Shown here piece after piece: positions 28,901 to 44,140 of a DNA stretch of 64,000 bases. The stretch comes from the human T2T-CHM13v2.0 reference genome, Homo sapiens, in assembly GCF_009914755.1 (NCBI RefSeq), contig NC_060925.1. One strand, given 5' to 3'. Position 1 is the stretch's first letter; the number at the start of each line of letters is the position of its first letter. The position numbers and the translations under genes were made by a program. The notes below the pieces were generated by a model. That model searched no databases. It was given only the letters and a program-made list of their open reading frames with translations, and was not told where the DNA came from.

Positions 28901-30868
28901 CAAATATATTATGAATCCTAGTATATAAAATTTTACTTTATATCCCCTCCAACTTAGGTAAGATAAGAATAGATTTTCCATTGAGCACACTCCCATACCT
29001 ACTTCCAGAAGTCCCTAAAGGAGATCATGAAACCAGTTTTAAAAGTGTTGGTGTAATCCAAGTTCTCATTGTACAGATGAGGAAACGGAGTAACAGAGCA
29101 ATTGTGTGACTTTACTCAGTATCTTTGTCCAGAATGAAGATGTAAATAACTGCTGGAGGGCTTCATTCTACCATTGTCTGCTTTTGTCTATCTTTAAATT
29201 TTTCATGATATAAATTGTTTTAAATTTACTTGAGAAACAGGAGTATAGCAGATCCTTAGTCTCAAGTTTAAATCCTAGTTTTAATATTTTCTGAGCAGAA
29301 GATCTGTGACATAGATTGTATAATTCTTCTGAAGCACCAATAAGGCCAGAATTTATGAAGAAGACAGCTGGTAAGTCAGCCTAACCACCTACCCTAAACT
29401 TTATTGCATAGTTCTCTACAACTCATCAAACACCCACCAACTCTTGTAAAAGAATGAAATTCACTCTGAAAAGTGCTAATAAAGAAAAAAGATATTTTGA
29501 GAGAGAAAGTGTATACTCTGCTGGCATTTGGGAATGTGGTGGCAAAGCAGATCTAGGGGTGATATAAGTCTCTTGAATAGCAAGGTTCTGACGCGTTCAT
29601 ATTCCAAAAGGAAGGAAATTATCATTTGTGAAAATGATTTCATGAATGTTACTGTCTCTCAATTCTTAAAACTCTGTAATATAAATATTATCCATATTTT
29701 TGAGTGAGGACATCGAGACTAAGAGGTTAAGGAATTAATTCTTCCAGGGTCCCAGGATGCAATCATTCATTCGGTACATGTGTATTGATTGCCTGCCACA
29801 TGCCAAGACTTAACAAGCTAGAAAAGACCAGCCCCTGCTCTGAAGGGATTCACTGATTACGTGGGAGACAGGCACACAGCATACAGTGTCACTGGGGCAC
29901 ACAGGATAGGATCCCTAGCCACAGTTCTTTGAAAGCCAGGGAAATCTTTACTGAGAAGGGGACACTGAGCTAAGTTTAGGGGATGACTAGGAATTTACTA
30001 AGCACAGGAGGTAGGTAGGGACACCCCAGGAGAGAAAACAGTGTGCACAAGTTTATGCCATCGTTACAGGGCATTGAGTATTTAAGAAATGTCAAATAGG
30101 TAATGTTGTCGTTTTATGAGGTCATTTTTCACATATTCTTAACATTACTATAAAGCAATCAAATTAAAGTAATCCCATTTCTTTTTCTATACTTGACCCA
30201 CATTAAGTGATTTCAGATGAGATATAAAAGCATTTTCAGAACAAAAGGAGTAATGGAACAAAAACTGGCACATGGCAAGCACTCAGTGATTATTTATTCA
30301 ACAAGACTGAGTTGTCCAGGGAGGTAAGAGAGCTGCCAAGCCCCAGCTAAGATTTTGGATTCTAAATTTGCTTTACTGTCAGTCCCCATAGTCAGTGAAT
30401 TTTCTCCATAATGCTTAGTTGCCCCAGTAATAGAGCAGTTAGTATAGATGGCTGATATTATCAAGGGTTGCAGTTCTTCAGCTTTTTTGAGACCGCAGAA
30501 CAAGGGGTGCCAAATTGAAGGTGTTGCTTAAAGAGTTGTGGCTGTGGAGTCAGGCTGGAAGGGAGAATGGAGCCAGAGGGAAATAGAGAGGGAAGGGGCC
30601 AATGTTTGGGAGTTCTGAGGGTTGGAAAACAGGTCTAAGACATAGAGGGGATAGGGACACTGTAATCAGGTCACCTGTGAAAGAAACTGGCATTAAAAAG
30701 GTAAGAATTTTTAGACATGCAGGCATGAGTCAGCCATCAGTGATTAATGACTATGACTGTAGGCTCCATTCTTTGTGTTTCTTCTGTGTATTAGTTTTTC
30801 CCATGAAATATTTAATGCAGGGTGTTTTTTTTTTTCCACAAAGCTATTTTACATTATTTGAAAATACA

Positions 30869-31242
<374 letters not shown>

Positions 31243-31946
31243 TTATGCCGAAGGAGCTATGGAGGGGTTTTAAATAAGAGAGTAACATGTTCAGAGGCAA
31301 GTTTCAGAAAGACCACAGTGACAGTAGCATGGAGTAGAGATTGGCAGACCAGCAAGGAGACCCTTGCAGTCAGCCAGGAGAAAGGTACAAAGGCCAAAAC
31401 TCAAGTAATTAGTGGAGATGGAGAAGAGATGATGAATAGGAAAAATACTAAATGAGGATCTGAGATTTGGAAATTGATTGGACATGGGAAAATGTTATTA
31501 GGAAGGAGGCAGAGGTGATATCTGTAATTCTAGTTTTGGTGACTTTGTGGATTGCAATGACATTTACAGAGAGAATACAAGAAGAAAACAGTTTTGGGAA
31601 AGATGAGTTTAGTTGGGGAGATATTGAGTTTCACGTACCTGTAGGACAAATACTTGAAAGCGTCTCAATAGGATATGTAAGTCTAGAATTTAGGAGATCC
31701 TAGGCTGGAAATAGTCAATAAATGCAATAGATTTAATAGCAATCTTAAATGTCTCTATCCCCAAGAATCCGAGTAGCCTGAGAACTCCATTAAGAATAAC
31801 AGGGTAAGAATTTAAGAATTGCCATAAAGCAGGTCAGCTGCATGATTCCTTCAGCCACCTCCCTGTTTTATCTCTGGTCACCAAGGCATAGTTTCTGGGA
31901 AGATGTGGTTTTCCTCTGCAATATCAGCCTCAAAAGGTTAGGGATT

Positions 31947-32071
31947 GGCTGGGCATGGTGGCTCGCACCTGTAATCCCAGCACTTCAGGAGGTCAAGGTG
32001 GAAGGATCACTTGAGACCAGGAGTTAGAGACCAGCCTGGGCAACATAATGAGACCCTGTCTCTAAAAAAAA
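31947..32071 (+). mobile_element. FLAM/Alu left monomer
   Basis: TSD aaggttagggat. Confidence 0.88.
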
Positions 32072-32139
32072 ATGTTTTTAGAAGGTTAGGGATGTTTTCT
32101 AATAAAAATCCCTATGTTAAAAAGGAAACCCAATGGGAT

Positions 32140-32993
<854 letters not shown>

Positions 32994-33626
32994 TAGAAAT
33001 TAAATTTACCCCTCCTTGCTTCACAGCTTTTACGTGGAATAGGAGTTTGAATTAACCAATGAAAATAGATCCATTACTACTCCCAGAGAATCCAATCCAA
33101 AAAACAAATCTAAACAACTGGGCCTCTCTGTAGACTCTCCCTGGGCAGGTGAACTGTTTACAGAGATGAAGGTAGAAGATAAAACCATGGATACTATTTA
33201 AAAAGTGAGTGGAGCCAGCCAGGGAGCACAGTCTCTGAAGCAGGAGGCACGAGGCATTCTCCTCCCAGCCTGATTCAAAAGGGCTTGGCACTGCCTTCCT
33301 CAGCTGAAAGGTGCTGTCCTGAGTTGACAGTTAGAGCAACCCTCCCTTGACCAGTGCTGGGTTCACACTGACAGAGGCCTCTCTTTTTAGGACTCTATGG
33401 AGACAATGCCCTTTTCTTGTTATGTTAAAAAAAAAAAAAAACAAACCCTTTTCTTTTATGAATTTTATTCAAGTTTTGAAAAGATGCTTATACGTTATTT
33501 GCTGATCTTTGTTACTTTCACTCTCAAAGGGGTAACATTACCAAGCAGTCTATGCTAAGGCTTACTAAGCTCACCAATCAATAACTATTGTAAACTTTGA
33601 GGCTCCCCCACAACTCCAGTTCGTAA

Positions 33627-33833
<207 letters not shown>

Positions 33834-34101
33834 TGAAACAGGCCAATAAGAATCAACAGTTTTAATTATGTAATTCTTGGTTGATCCAGTGCTTTATTTT
33901 GTCTAAAGTATTGTGCTCTGACAGATTAAAAACTAGATGTTACAATGACACTCTCCTCACTGTATGCATCTACTCCCCACAGGTACAAGAGAATACTACA
34001 GGATTTTTTCCATTTTTCCCGTTCCATTACCCTGCAACTTCTGCAAAGCAGCTTCTGCCTCTCGGGTGTCGCTCCTCTTCCATGAATCGCTTTCCCTCTG
34101 T

Positions 34102-34290
34102 CAGTGGTTCTCAAGCCCTAGTGTGCATCAGAGTCTCCTGGAGGGCTTGTGAAAACACAGGTTGCTGGCGGCAGCAGCCAGAGTGTTCGATTCAGTAGAT
34201 CTGGGTTAGAGCCTGAAGTTTTGTATCACTAAGGCATTCCCACAAGACGCTGATGCTGCTAGTCCCTGACCACACCTTGAGATCCACATT
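34102..34290. mobile_element. MER5A-like hAT-Charlie MITE
   Basis: cagtggttctcaa...gcatcagagtctcctggagggcttgtgaaaac...gaccacaccttgagatccac. Confidence 0.8.
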
Positions 34291-34754
34291 TCCAGACACA
34301 CTTCTGGCAGCAGTCAGAATCTGCTCCAGAAGTAAAAGCATGGTGGGGATAATGTCAAGGTTGCAGGAGGAAAAGGACTTAGGAGCTTCCTTCTTTCTTC
34401 AGTATTATGTGAACAGGATGTATTGTTTGAAAGAAGGGAAAGGTGAAGTTATATAATTAACCCTTTCACTGCCTTTTAAAATATGCAAATATTTGGTTTC
34501 TTATAAATAATGGTGACTCTGAAATTTCCTGTTTTGGGATCAGTGGATCTTTTGGGAACTTGTAACCATTCCATTAGCTCCTTCTCTTCAGCATGTAAAT
34601 ATGCTGATTTCTTTCTCCTACTGAAAAAATGAAAACAAAAACTCCTTAGCCCTACATCCTTCTCTATCTACTGCACTCCCTTAGACTCCAGCAGGCTGGC
34701 GCATGTGCTCACATGCTCTCTCTCTTCCCCCACTCTGCCCCAAATATAGATACA

Positions 34755-34755
<1 letters not shown>

Positions 34756-34810
<55 letters not shown>

Positions 34811-34828
34811 TGTGGAGAGAGAGAGAGA
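34756..34828. repeat. Compound microsatellite (TC)n(TG)n(GA)n
   Basis: Read directly. Confidence 0.95.
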
Positions 34829-37142
34829 AAGATCAGCAAGAGATGATATATGTACCACACACTTCTTATAGCCAAACTTCTAGAAAGAATATACTGTCCA
34901 TTTATTCCTAAACACATTAGCAGTCTGGCTTCCATCATCTGCCCTCTCTTGCTGCTATCCCCTGATACATGATTGTCAAGTCCTGTGGACATTTGTTCTG
35001 GTCTTATCTGATGGCCAGTTATTCATTCTTGATGCTTTCTCTTCCCTTGGCTCCTACCTCTCTGATCTTTCCTTTTCTAGCTTCTTAGAGGCTTCTTCAT
35101 CTTCCTCCAACTTCCCTTTACATATTGATGTTCCAAAGGGTTTGGTCCCCTCACTTCCTTGAGCAATACCATCTATACCCTTGGCTTTATCTATCACATA
35201 AATGTAAATGTGATTCTGTGATGTACATGTGATCAAATGCTTTGGGGAAAGGTCCACTTCATACCAAATGTAACACTGAAATCCATCTGTTTCTCTTTCT
35301 ACCCAGCCAGAGTCTAACTAAGTTCTTCATGATCAGGTCTTATTTATTTCTGTATCCCCAGCAGAAGGCCCGGGACACAGTAGATGAGTGACTGTTGAAT
35401 AGGCATCCTCAGGTGTCTCTAATTCCGCATATCTAGCACAAGTCTTCCTACCTTTTCCTCCTGTCTTTTCTACTTCAGTTTTCCTGACACAAACTTCTCC
35501 TTTCTTATTGAGTCCTGCTATTTGTGCCTATGAAACATCTCTCCCTCTCAGCTGGATTATTATGAAAACCTACACTCTTATGCCCCCTGTTTATCCTGTT
35601 GCCAGAGTGTTCTTCCCAAAATGTAGATTTGATCATGTCACACCCTTTCTTAAAGCCACTGAACTGTTTTCTTCTTTAAACTCATAGAAGGTTCTTCATC
35701 AACAGGCATCTACTCATCTTTCTAGCCCCTTTTCCCTCGGTTATTATACTCCACTACCCTATATGCCAACTTTACCAAACGATCTGCTTCCCTACAAAGA
35801 AGGCATGCTCTTCCCGGTGCCTTTCCTTGCTCATCTAGCTCAGGAGTTCCTATACGTCGCTCAAGTCCTGGGGTTAACCTCCTCTGTTACCAGGTTGTGT
35901 CAGATGCACTGTCCTTTGGAGCTCTTAATAGCTGCTTTTTTGTGCTTGTATTTTTGTACTTACCACATTGTATAAGTTTTGCTTCTACCTCTAAACTCTA
36001 AGCATGTATTTTGTCTTATTTTGTACTTCCTATACCTTGTACAGTATTAGGCACCTGACTGGGTAAAATATTAATAAATATTGATTGAATGAATAAATTT
36101 TGAAAACCAGAAGATATGTGGATGACTTAAGATCTGGGCCAAACCCAGAAGTAAAGAGCGCTGCATAACTCGATATGAACCAACTTTTTGAGTTCAGATT
36201 TTGCTGAATGTTTGCTTTTGGACCACTTATACTCTGTCCAGAAATGAGAAACCTTTGCAGAAGGACCAGGTTACTCCAGTATTTTCCTTGTTTTGCAGCA
36301 TTTGTTGGTCCAACTGCATGCAGTATCATTTATAGAATAGCTGCTATAATAGCTATGTTACTCAATTGCTTTCCTTCTGCTTCTAAGTTAAAAACAGTTC
36401 TTGTTTCCAAATATGATTGTGCCCTAGGGAAAATGGTCACAGTTCTGCATTCTCTGGAAGAAGCCTGGTTCTGAAAATATGTAATTGGCACCTGGAACAT
36501 ACACATGATCAGAAACTATTAGAAATGGCTTTGACACTGCCTTTTGTACATTTACTTTGAATCTGAATACTATAATCACTTTCTTAAGAACTTTTACTCT
36601 CAGTGCTACGTCCCATGCTGTGTTGATTTAAGCCACAGACATTGCCCAAATTATAGCCTAGCACTAACAACACTAACATTAAAGTAATAGAGTACTCTTT
36701 AGCTTGCTGTTGTGATGGATTTTTAAGGAAGCAGTATTTCCTTAGAAACCACATTAAAACCTACCAATTTTGTGAACATTTATAAGAATACATCTGAGTC
36801 ATTTTTGTTAGAGAAATACTGAACACTAAAACTGTAGCAGTTCTAAGATAGAGTGCTGTTAAATGTTTTGAACAACAGGAGTTTATTGCATAGACTGAAC
36901 TAATAAAGGACTGAAATAATTTTTTAATGTTATGAAAAATATAATTCTTCAGCGAACTAAGGTATTTAAATACTTTGTATATCTTGCAATACAGTTACTT
37001 CCATTGCACTGACTTAAAAGGATGTCCCTCATTTTGTAACTTATTGTTTTGATAATGAACTTGGCAGAGTTTATAAAGTCTGCAGAGTAGAATACAAATT
37101 GACCATTAATTTTTTGGCAATAAGAATGACATCATGTTATGA

Positions 37143-37256
<114 letters not shown>

Positions 37257-37367
37257 TAACAGTGAAGTTGAATTCCTTATTGTTCCAAAGGGACTTGAAA
37301 CTGCTGTGGTGTGGGGGAACGATGTCAGATTGCAGAGTGTTTGATATGAGTATTATATCCAAGGTGA

Positions 37368-37795
<428 letters not shown>

Positions 37796-38573
37796 TAGGT
37801 AACTGTTAAGCATAGATTCCTGCAATCCAGGTTTTTGTAATCTGTGTAGTCAGCAGTAAAGAGGCTCAGAACATCATAATACTGACTGTTGCATATTTGT
37901 ATAGTAAATTTCATGCCCATAAAAATATCAAGATAACTTTATAGCTCATTTATTAATGAGAATGAGTATTGAGTTTAGAAAAAGAACAAATGTTAGTTAA
38001 AAGTGATCAATTTTAAATAAAACATTTATTGTGTTTTTAATTATGCCTAGATGTCTACAGCGTTCGTATACCTAATGATAGGTATCTACATCTGCTTTTG
38101 TTATAAGTGCTTTAAGCCACTGTTGTAATTTGGAGGTGGTCTTAGAACAATAGTGAATAATGGAATCCTTCATTCCCTCCTTAGAATTTTCACTGAAGCT
38201 GAAAATTTGTATGCCACCAATTTGAAAGGTATAATTACTCATGTTGATGTGAATAGAAAGCACTTAACAGTGGACTTATTTTCATTATGTAGTTGGGTGT
38301 AAAGAGAAATAATTAAACCTTACTTTGGAAATTTCTAGGAAGAGCTATCTCCATTACTCAGTTAAAAGAAAAAGAGTTTTAGAAACATTGAAGAGAAATA
38401 ACCTTTAGAGTATCTTTTAAATTGCCTATTTTAAAACATGTATATAACTTTGGTTTTTAAGTTGTTTATTTCTCTAATAAACAATTGTAAAATATGAATT
38501 ATTACAATATCCATATATTTGACAATAGTCTAATAATTGTACATGTAACAAACATTTTAAATGTGTATTGCAG

Positions 38574-38643
38574 AAGAAGGACTAAGGCTATTTGTGGGTC
38601 CTGGGGGAAGTACAACCTTTGGCAGTCATCATCTTCCAAATAG
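38574..38643 (+). CDS. FAM102B: FAM102B coding exon: (E)EGLRLFVGPGGSTTFGSHHLPN(R)
   Basis: tgtattgcag acceptor, TAG|gtaagt donor; 70 nt, phase 1->2. Confidence 0.9.
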
Positions 38644-38964
38644 GTAAGTAGTACAAATAGTGTCTTATTAAAATATAGACTAATTTTTTTAAAAAAATCA
38701 TGAGTAGAGGATGATGGTTGCAAAGTTTGTACTAGGCTGAAGCAAGGAAACACAGATAGTAGTAGTTACATGCGAAGAGTTACAGCTCTTAGTGTAGCTC
38801 TCAGTTTTCTTAATTCTGGGTATGTTTGACATTATATTTTATAAATTAGTTTTTAATTTCCTTAGAAATATTTTTAAAGGGTATTAGTCAAGGACCAGTA
38901 GACCATTGGGAAAGTTGCAATATAAAAGGACACTTAGAAAAGAGTTCTTAGTCTTTTAAAACAT

Positions 38965-39125
38965 TAATTTTTTATTAATTTATTTTCTAGAGACAGGGCT
39001 GTTGCCCAAGCTGGAGTGCAGTGGTGCAGTCATAGATCACTGTAGCCTCAAACTCCTGAGCTCAAGTGATCCTCCTGCCTTAGCCTCTTGAGCAGCTGGG
39101 ACCATAGGCATGCGCCACTGTGCAT
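38965..39125 (-). mobile_element. Alu right monomer/FRAM
   Basis: Antisense monomer. Confidence 0.85.
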
Positions 39126-39277
39126 CGCTAGTCTGATAATTTAGGAAGAGCAAAGCAAAATTACATTTTCAGTCAATGATCTTATCTTTTCCGAGCAGTT
39201 ACACAGCCACTGAGCAACTTAAGCTGCTGTTAACCTTTCTTGTACTCTCCTTTTCTCCACCCCACTGCCATACATAT

Positions 39278-39577
39278 TAAAACCATCATTCTCAGCAAAC
39301 TATCGCAAGGACAAAAAACCAAACACCGCTTGTTCTCACTCATAGGTGGGAATTGAACAATGAGAACACATGGAGACAGGAAGGGGAACATCACACACCA
39401 CGGCCTGTTGTGGAGTGCGGAAGCGGGGAGGGAATAGCATTAGGAGATAAACCTAATGTTAAATGACGAGTTAATGGGTGCAGCACACCAACATGGCACA
39501 TGTAAACATATGTAACTAACCTGCACGTTGTGCACATGTACCCTAAAACTTAAAGTATAATAATAAAAAAAGAAAAG
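39278..39577 (+). mobile_element. 5'-truncated young L1PA 3' end
   Basis: aaaccatcattctcagcaaactatcgcaaggac...aacctgcacgttgtgcacatgtaccctaaaacttaaagtataataataaaaaa. Confidence 0.92.
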
Positions 39578-40221
39578 TTCTGAAAAACCAAATACCATTT
39601 TGCTAGTTATTCAGATGCAGATGAAGAAAAGTCACCTGCCAAACTTACATTGATTATCAGCACTGCAGCAGATAATAGTGAGCACAGACACCAAGGACAG
39701 TGTAGGAATTCTAATCACTCACTTGCTCCTTAACAACCTGCTCCCCACACTTCTGTGCACCCCTAATTCCATTCCATGTCGTATTTATGTAGAGTCCCTG
39801 CACAACTACAGAGTGAGTCACAGTTGCAGGTGGGTAGCTCCTTGGACCAAGACAGTTATTGTATTCTCTCGTGGTCAAAACCTAAAAGAATTTTGCATTC
39901 ATTTCTTTTACTAATACTCATTTTAATGAGTACCTCCTATTTGTCCAGCACATTACAAGGCTCAAAAATAGACTAACAGCAAAAACCTACATCAACGATT
40001 AACTACAATCAGATATCATAAGTAGGTAAGAGAGAGACATATAAAGCTACTTTCAGGGAGTAATGTGAAAAAGGATTTACAGAAGATGTAACACTATTTA
40101 GATCTTTGATTGACTCATCTGCTTATTAAATTCAGTAACTGTTTCTTGGGCCAATTTGTAGGTAAGGATGCAAGTAGAAAAGACCCAGCTCTTACCCTCT
40201 GCTGGCTTATGGTCTAGCACA

Positions 40222-40418
40222 TGGGGCTGGCAGGCTATAGCCCATAGGCCAAATTGGCCCACTACCTGTATTTATAAAGTTTCATTGGAACACAACCATG
40301 CCTGTTTATTTGTATAGTGTTTACTGCTGCTTTGATGCTACAGTAGCAGAGCTGAGTGGTGCAGCAGAGACTCTGTGGCCCACAAAGCCTAAAATATTTA
40401 CTGACTCTTTTTTACAGA
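40222..40418. mobile_element. MER58A-like hAT-Charlie element
   Basis: ggccaaattggccc...ataaagtttcattggaacaca...cccacaaagcctaaaatatttact. Confidence 0.75.
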
Positions 40419-40786
40419 TGAGATGGACAAACTAAAAGTCATAACATTATAATAAATACTGTAATAGAGGGAAGTTTGAGAGAACAGAAACAGGATCTCA
40501 GAGTTCACACTTGAAGAGAGACTTTGGGAGAATAAAAAATAAGTGGGGGGCTTATAAGGTGAATATGATGAATACAAATACTCCTGGTAACAAATAGAAT
40601 GAGTTTATAAGTACAGTAATTATGATATATAATTATATCATAATAAACATATAGCAATTATAGGTAGCATTGAGCATTTATTAGTTATGTGCCAGGCACA
40701 GGTACATATATATTTTTTATTCAATTCTTATGTAGTAGTATCTTTCAGTGCTCACAACATACTACAATTAGTTTGGTGTTTTTTTA

Positions 40787-41140
<354 letters not shown>

Positions 41141-41795
41141 TAATTTGCCCAAGGCCTTAAAACTAGTAAGTGGTAAAACCAAGATTAAAACTCATGTCTC
41201 TTTGAGTCCAAATCCCATTGTACTTAACCAGTATATTTTACTGGCTCATTAATAATATAACATAGTTCAGGTTCTTCTGAGGAGAGGGGGTTGTGAAAGG
41301 GTATTTAGGGGCATGAGGTTGGCAAGCATCTCTGAGCTAGGTTGTAAAGGGCCTCACTTGCCATAACAAAGTTTCTTCTTCTCATGTGCACAGTGGGGAG
41401 CCATTGGCCATCTTTGCAGGGAAGTGACCTATCAGATTGGCATTTTAGAAAAATAACCGGCCATAATTTGAAGGGTAGATTAGAGCAAGGAAAGACCAGT
41501 AGCAGGGGGAACTAGGTAGAAAAGTAACATTTATGAGGACAGTGGTATGAATGATGGAGTGAACATGTGTTTTTGAGTTAGAGACTTGGGTTCACATCCT
41601 AGCCAGACCACTTTTGGGGCCTGAGTAAATCACTTAACTTCAATAGAACTTTAGTTACCTCTGCTGAAAAGTAGGAATAACCATGCCTATCTCATGGAGT
41701 AATTTTAAAGGGTAAATGACATAATATACTCAGTAAGCCCTGGCTTTATTAATTTAGGTACAGAACAGCAGAAAAGGTAGTTCCAACCAAATGGA

Positions 41796-42165
<370 letters not shown>

Positions 42166-42284
42166 TGATACTGTTGACCTCTGTAAGTCTCAGTTTCTTT
42201 GCCTATAAAATGAGAGTGATAAATAAGATCCTGAACTCATAGGATGTAAGACTAAATTAGATGACTTATGTAACATTTTTTGGT

Positions 42285-42491
42285 TTTCATTTTTGAAAGA
42301 CAAGGTCTCACTCTGTTGCCCAGGCTGGGGCGCAGTGATGTGATCACAGCTCACTGCAGCCTCCAATTCCTGCACTCAAGCGAACCTCCTGCCTCAGCCC
42401 CTGAGTAGCTAGGACTACAGGTGTGAGCCACCATGCCCAGCTTTTCTTTTTTAACTTTTTGTGGACACAAGGTCTTGCTGTGTTGCCCAGG
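42285..42491 (-). mobile_element. Alu (truncated)
   Basis: Antisense right arm plus part of the left arm. Confidence 0.87.
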
Positions 42492-43537
42492 ATACAGCCT
42501 GGCCCACTTGGGTTTTCTTACTGGGACCGGCATGCACCTGCCTGCTTTCCTTTAGGGACGTTAAATTTTTTCTGACAAGAAGTCTGCCTGTATTTTTATT
42601 TTATTCTTCTGTATGTGATTTGTCTTTTATATCTGGCTGCTTTTAAGATTTTCTGTTTATTACTGGTTTTTAGCACTTTGGCTATGATGTGCCTTGAATA
42701 TGTTTTTCCTTGTGTTTATTCTGCCTGGGGTTCATCAAGCTTTTTGGATCTATGGGTTTACAGTTTTCATCAAATCTGGAATTCTCCAGCCATTATTTTC
42801 CCCAACCCCTCCTTCTGTTATTCTGATCTACAAATTCTAGTCCCTAGCCCCTCTGAGCTTTGATCTCTGACTCCTTCACTCAGAGAGACCAGCAGGCTGT
42901 GTTTGGGGTCTTCCTCTCTGCACTGCAGGCTCGGAAGATCCTGAAGGAAACTGCTTCAGGCAGCTAGCTGGGGCGGTTGTCGGGCTCTCTTCATTTATTT
43001 CTTGTTTCTTGGGACCACAGTCCTGCACTGCCTGTTGTCTAGTATGTGCAAACTGTCATTTCACTTATTCTATCCGGTTTTCTAATTATATAAGGCAGGA
43101 GGGAAAATCTGGTTCCTGTTACTTCATCATGGCCAGAGGCAGAACATATTTAAAAGGGCATCTAAAAGCCAGTGTGCCATGCTGCCCACCATGGTTTCTT
43201 CAAATTCTGATTTTCTGTAGGATGAATGGGTGCTCACTGGCATTCTGTTGAGGAAGTTCCTATTTCTTCTGTAGAATGAATCTGTGAGAACAGGAGTTTC
43301 TGGGCAATCAACTGAGAAGTCCAGCCAAGTCCATGGTGGGCTAGTAATCACTACCTTACTTCTGTTGTTTAGAATTTCCTCTTAAAATGCCATTAAGGAG
43401 AGACACTAGTCATGGTGGTTGCTTCTGGGCTTACTAAACTCAGGCACACTCATGGTAAAATGACAAGTAGTAGGGTATACCCTAACATCTTGACAAATTG
43501 GGAAATGGGTACCTGGTGATAACTTCAGGCAGTAATG

Positions 43538-43685
43538 GGCCAGGCGTGGTGGCTCATGCCTGTAATCCAGCACTTTGGAAGGCTGAGTTAGGAGGATTGC
43601 TTGAGCCCAGGAGTTCTGGTTGCAGTGAGCTTCAGTCATGCCACTGCACTTCCATCTGGGCAACAGAATGAGACCCTGCCATGAA
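43538..43685 (+). mobile_element. Alu monomer (FAM/FRAM-like)
   Basis: ggccaggcgtggtggctcatgcctgtaat...gttgcagtgagc...gagaccctg. Confidence 0.85.
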
Positions 43686-44097
43686 AACGCCACAATATTA
43701 TGACAGCTGAAGACCATCATCATTAACTCAGTGCAAGTCCTGATGCACTGCCAGAGTCAACATATGCTCTTGGATGAGACCTATTTTAGAATGAATAGAT
43801 AAACATGTTTGAAGAGCATTTCTTGCCACCATTTGTCGATAGGTCAAGAATTGGGGAATTCTAATAGATTATTGTGGGAATAAGTGTGAGAGAATCAGGA
43901 TCTAGGCTAATCCAATGTATTAATGATAAACATTTAATATTTCACATAGTTTCTATCCGTGATGCCTTTAAACGTTATGGAAATCAAATCTAGTAGAAAA
44001 ATACCCAGTGCCCCATCTCTCCAGGGGTAAGGTTACTTGGAACAGTTTCAAACACTGCAGCTCAAAATTTTGAAGTTTTTTTCCACTGCTGTTTTAG

Positions 44098-44140
44098 GGT
44101 GGGGTCTGGAGCTTATGAACAAGTTGTGATCAAACGCTAG
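44098..44140 (+). CDS. FAM102B: FAM102B last coding exon: VGSGAYEQVVIKR-stop
   Basis: ttttttccactgctgttttag acceptor; TAG at 44138-44140. The ten exons sum to 946 nt; a 137-nt upstream coding exon would give the ~360-aa protein I recall. Confidence 0.9.
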
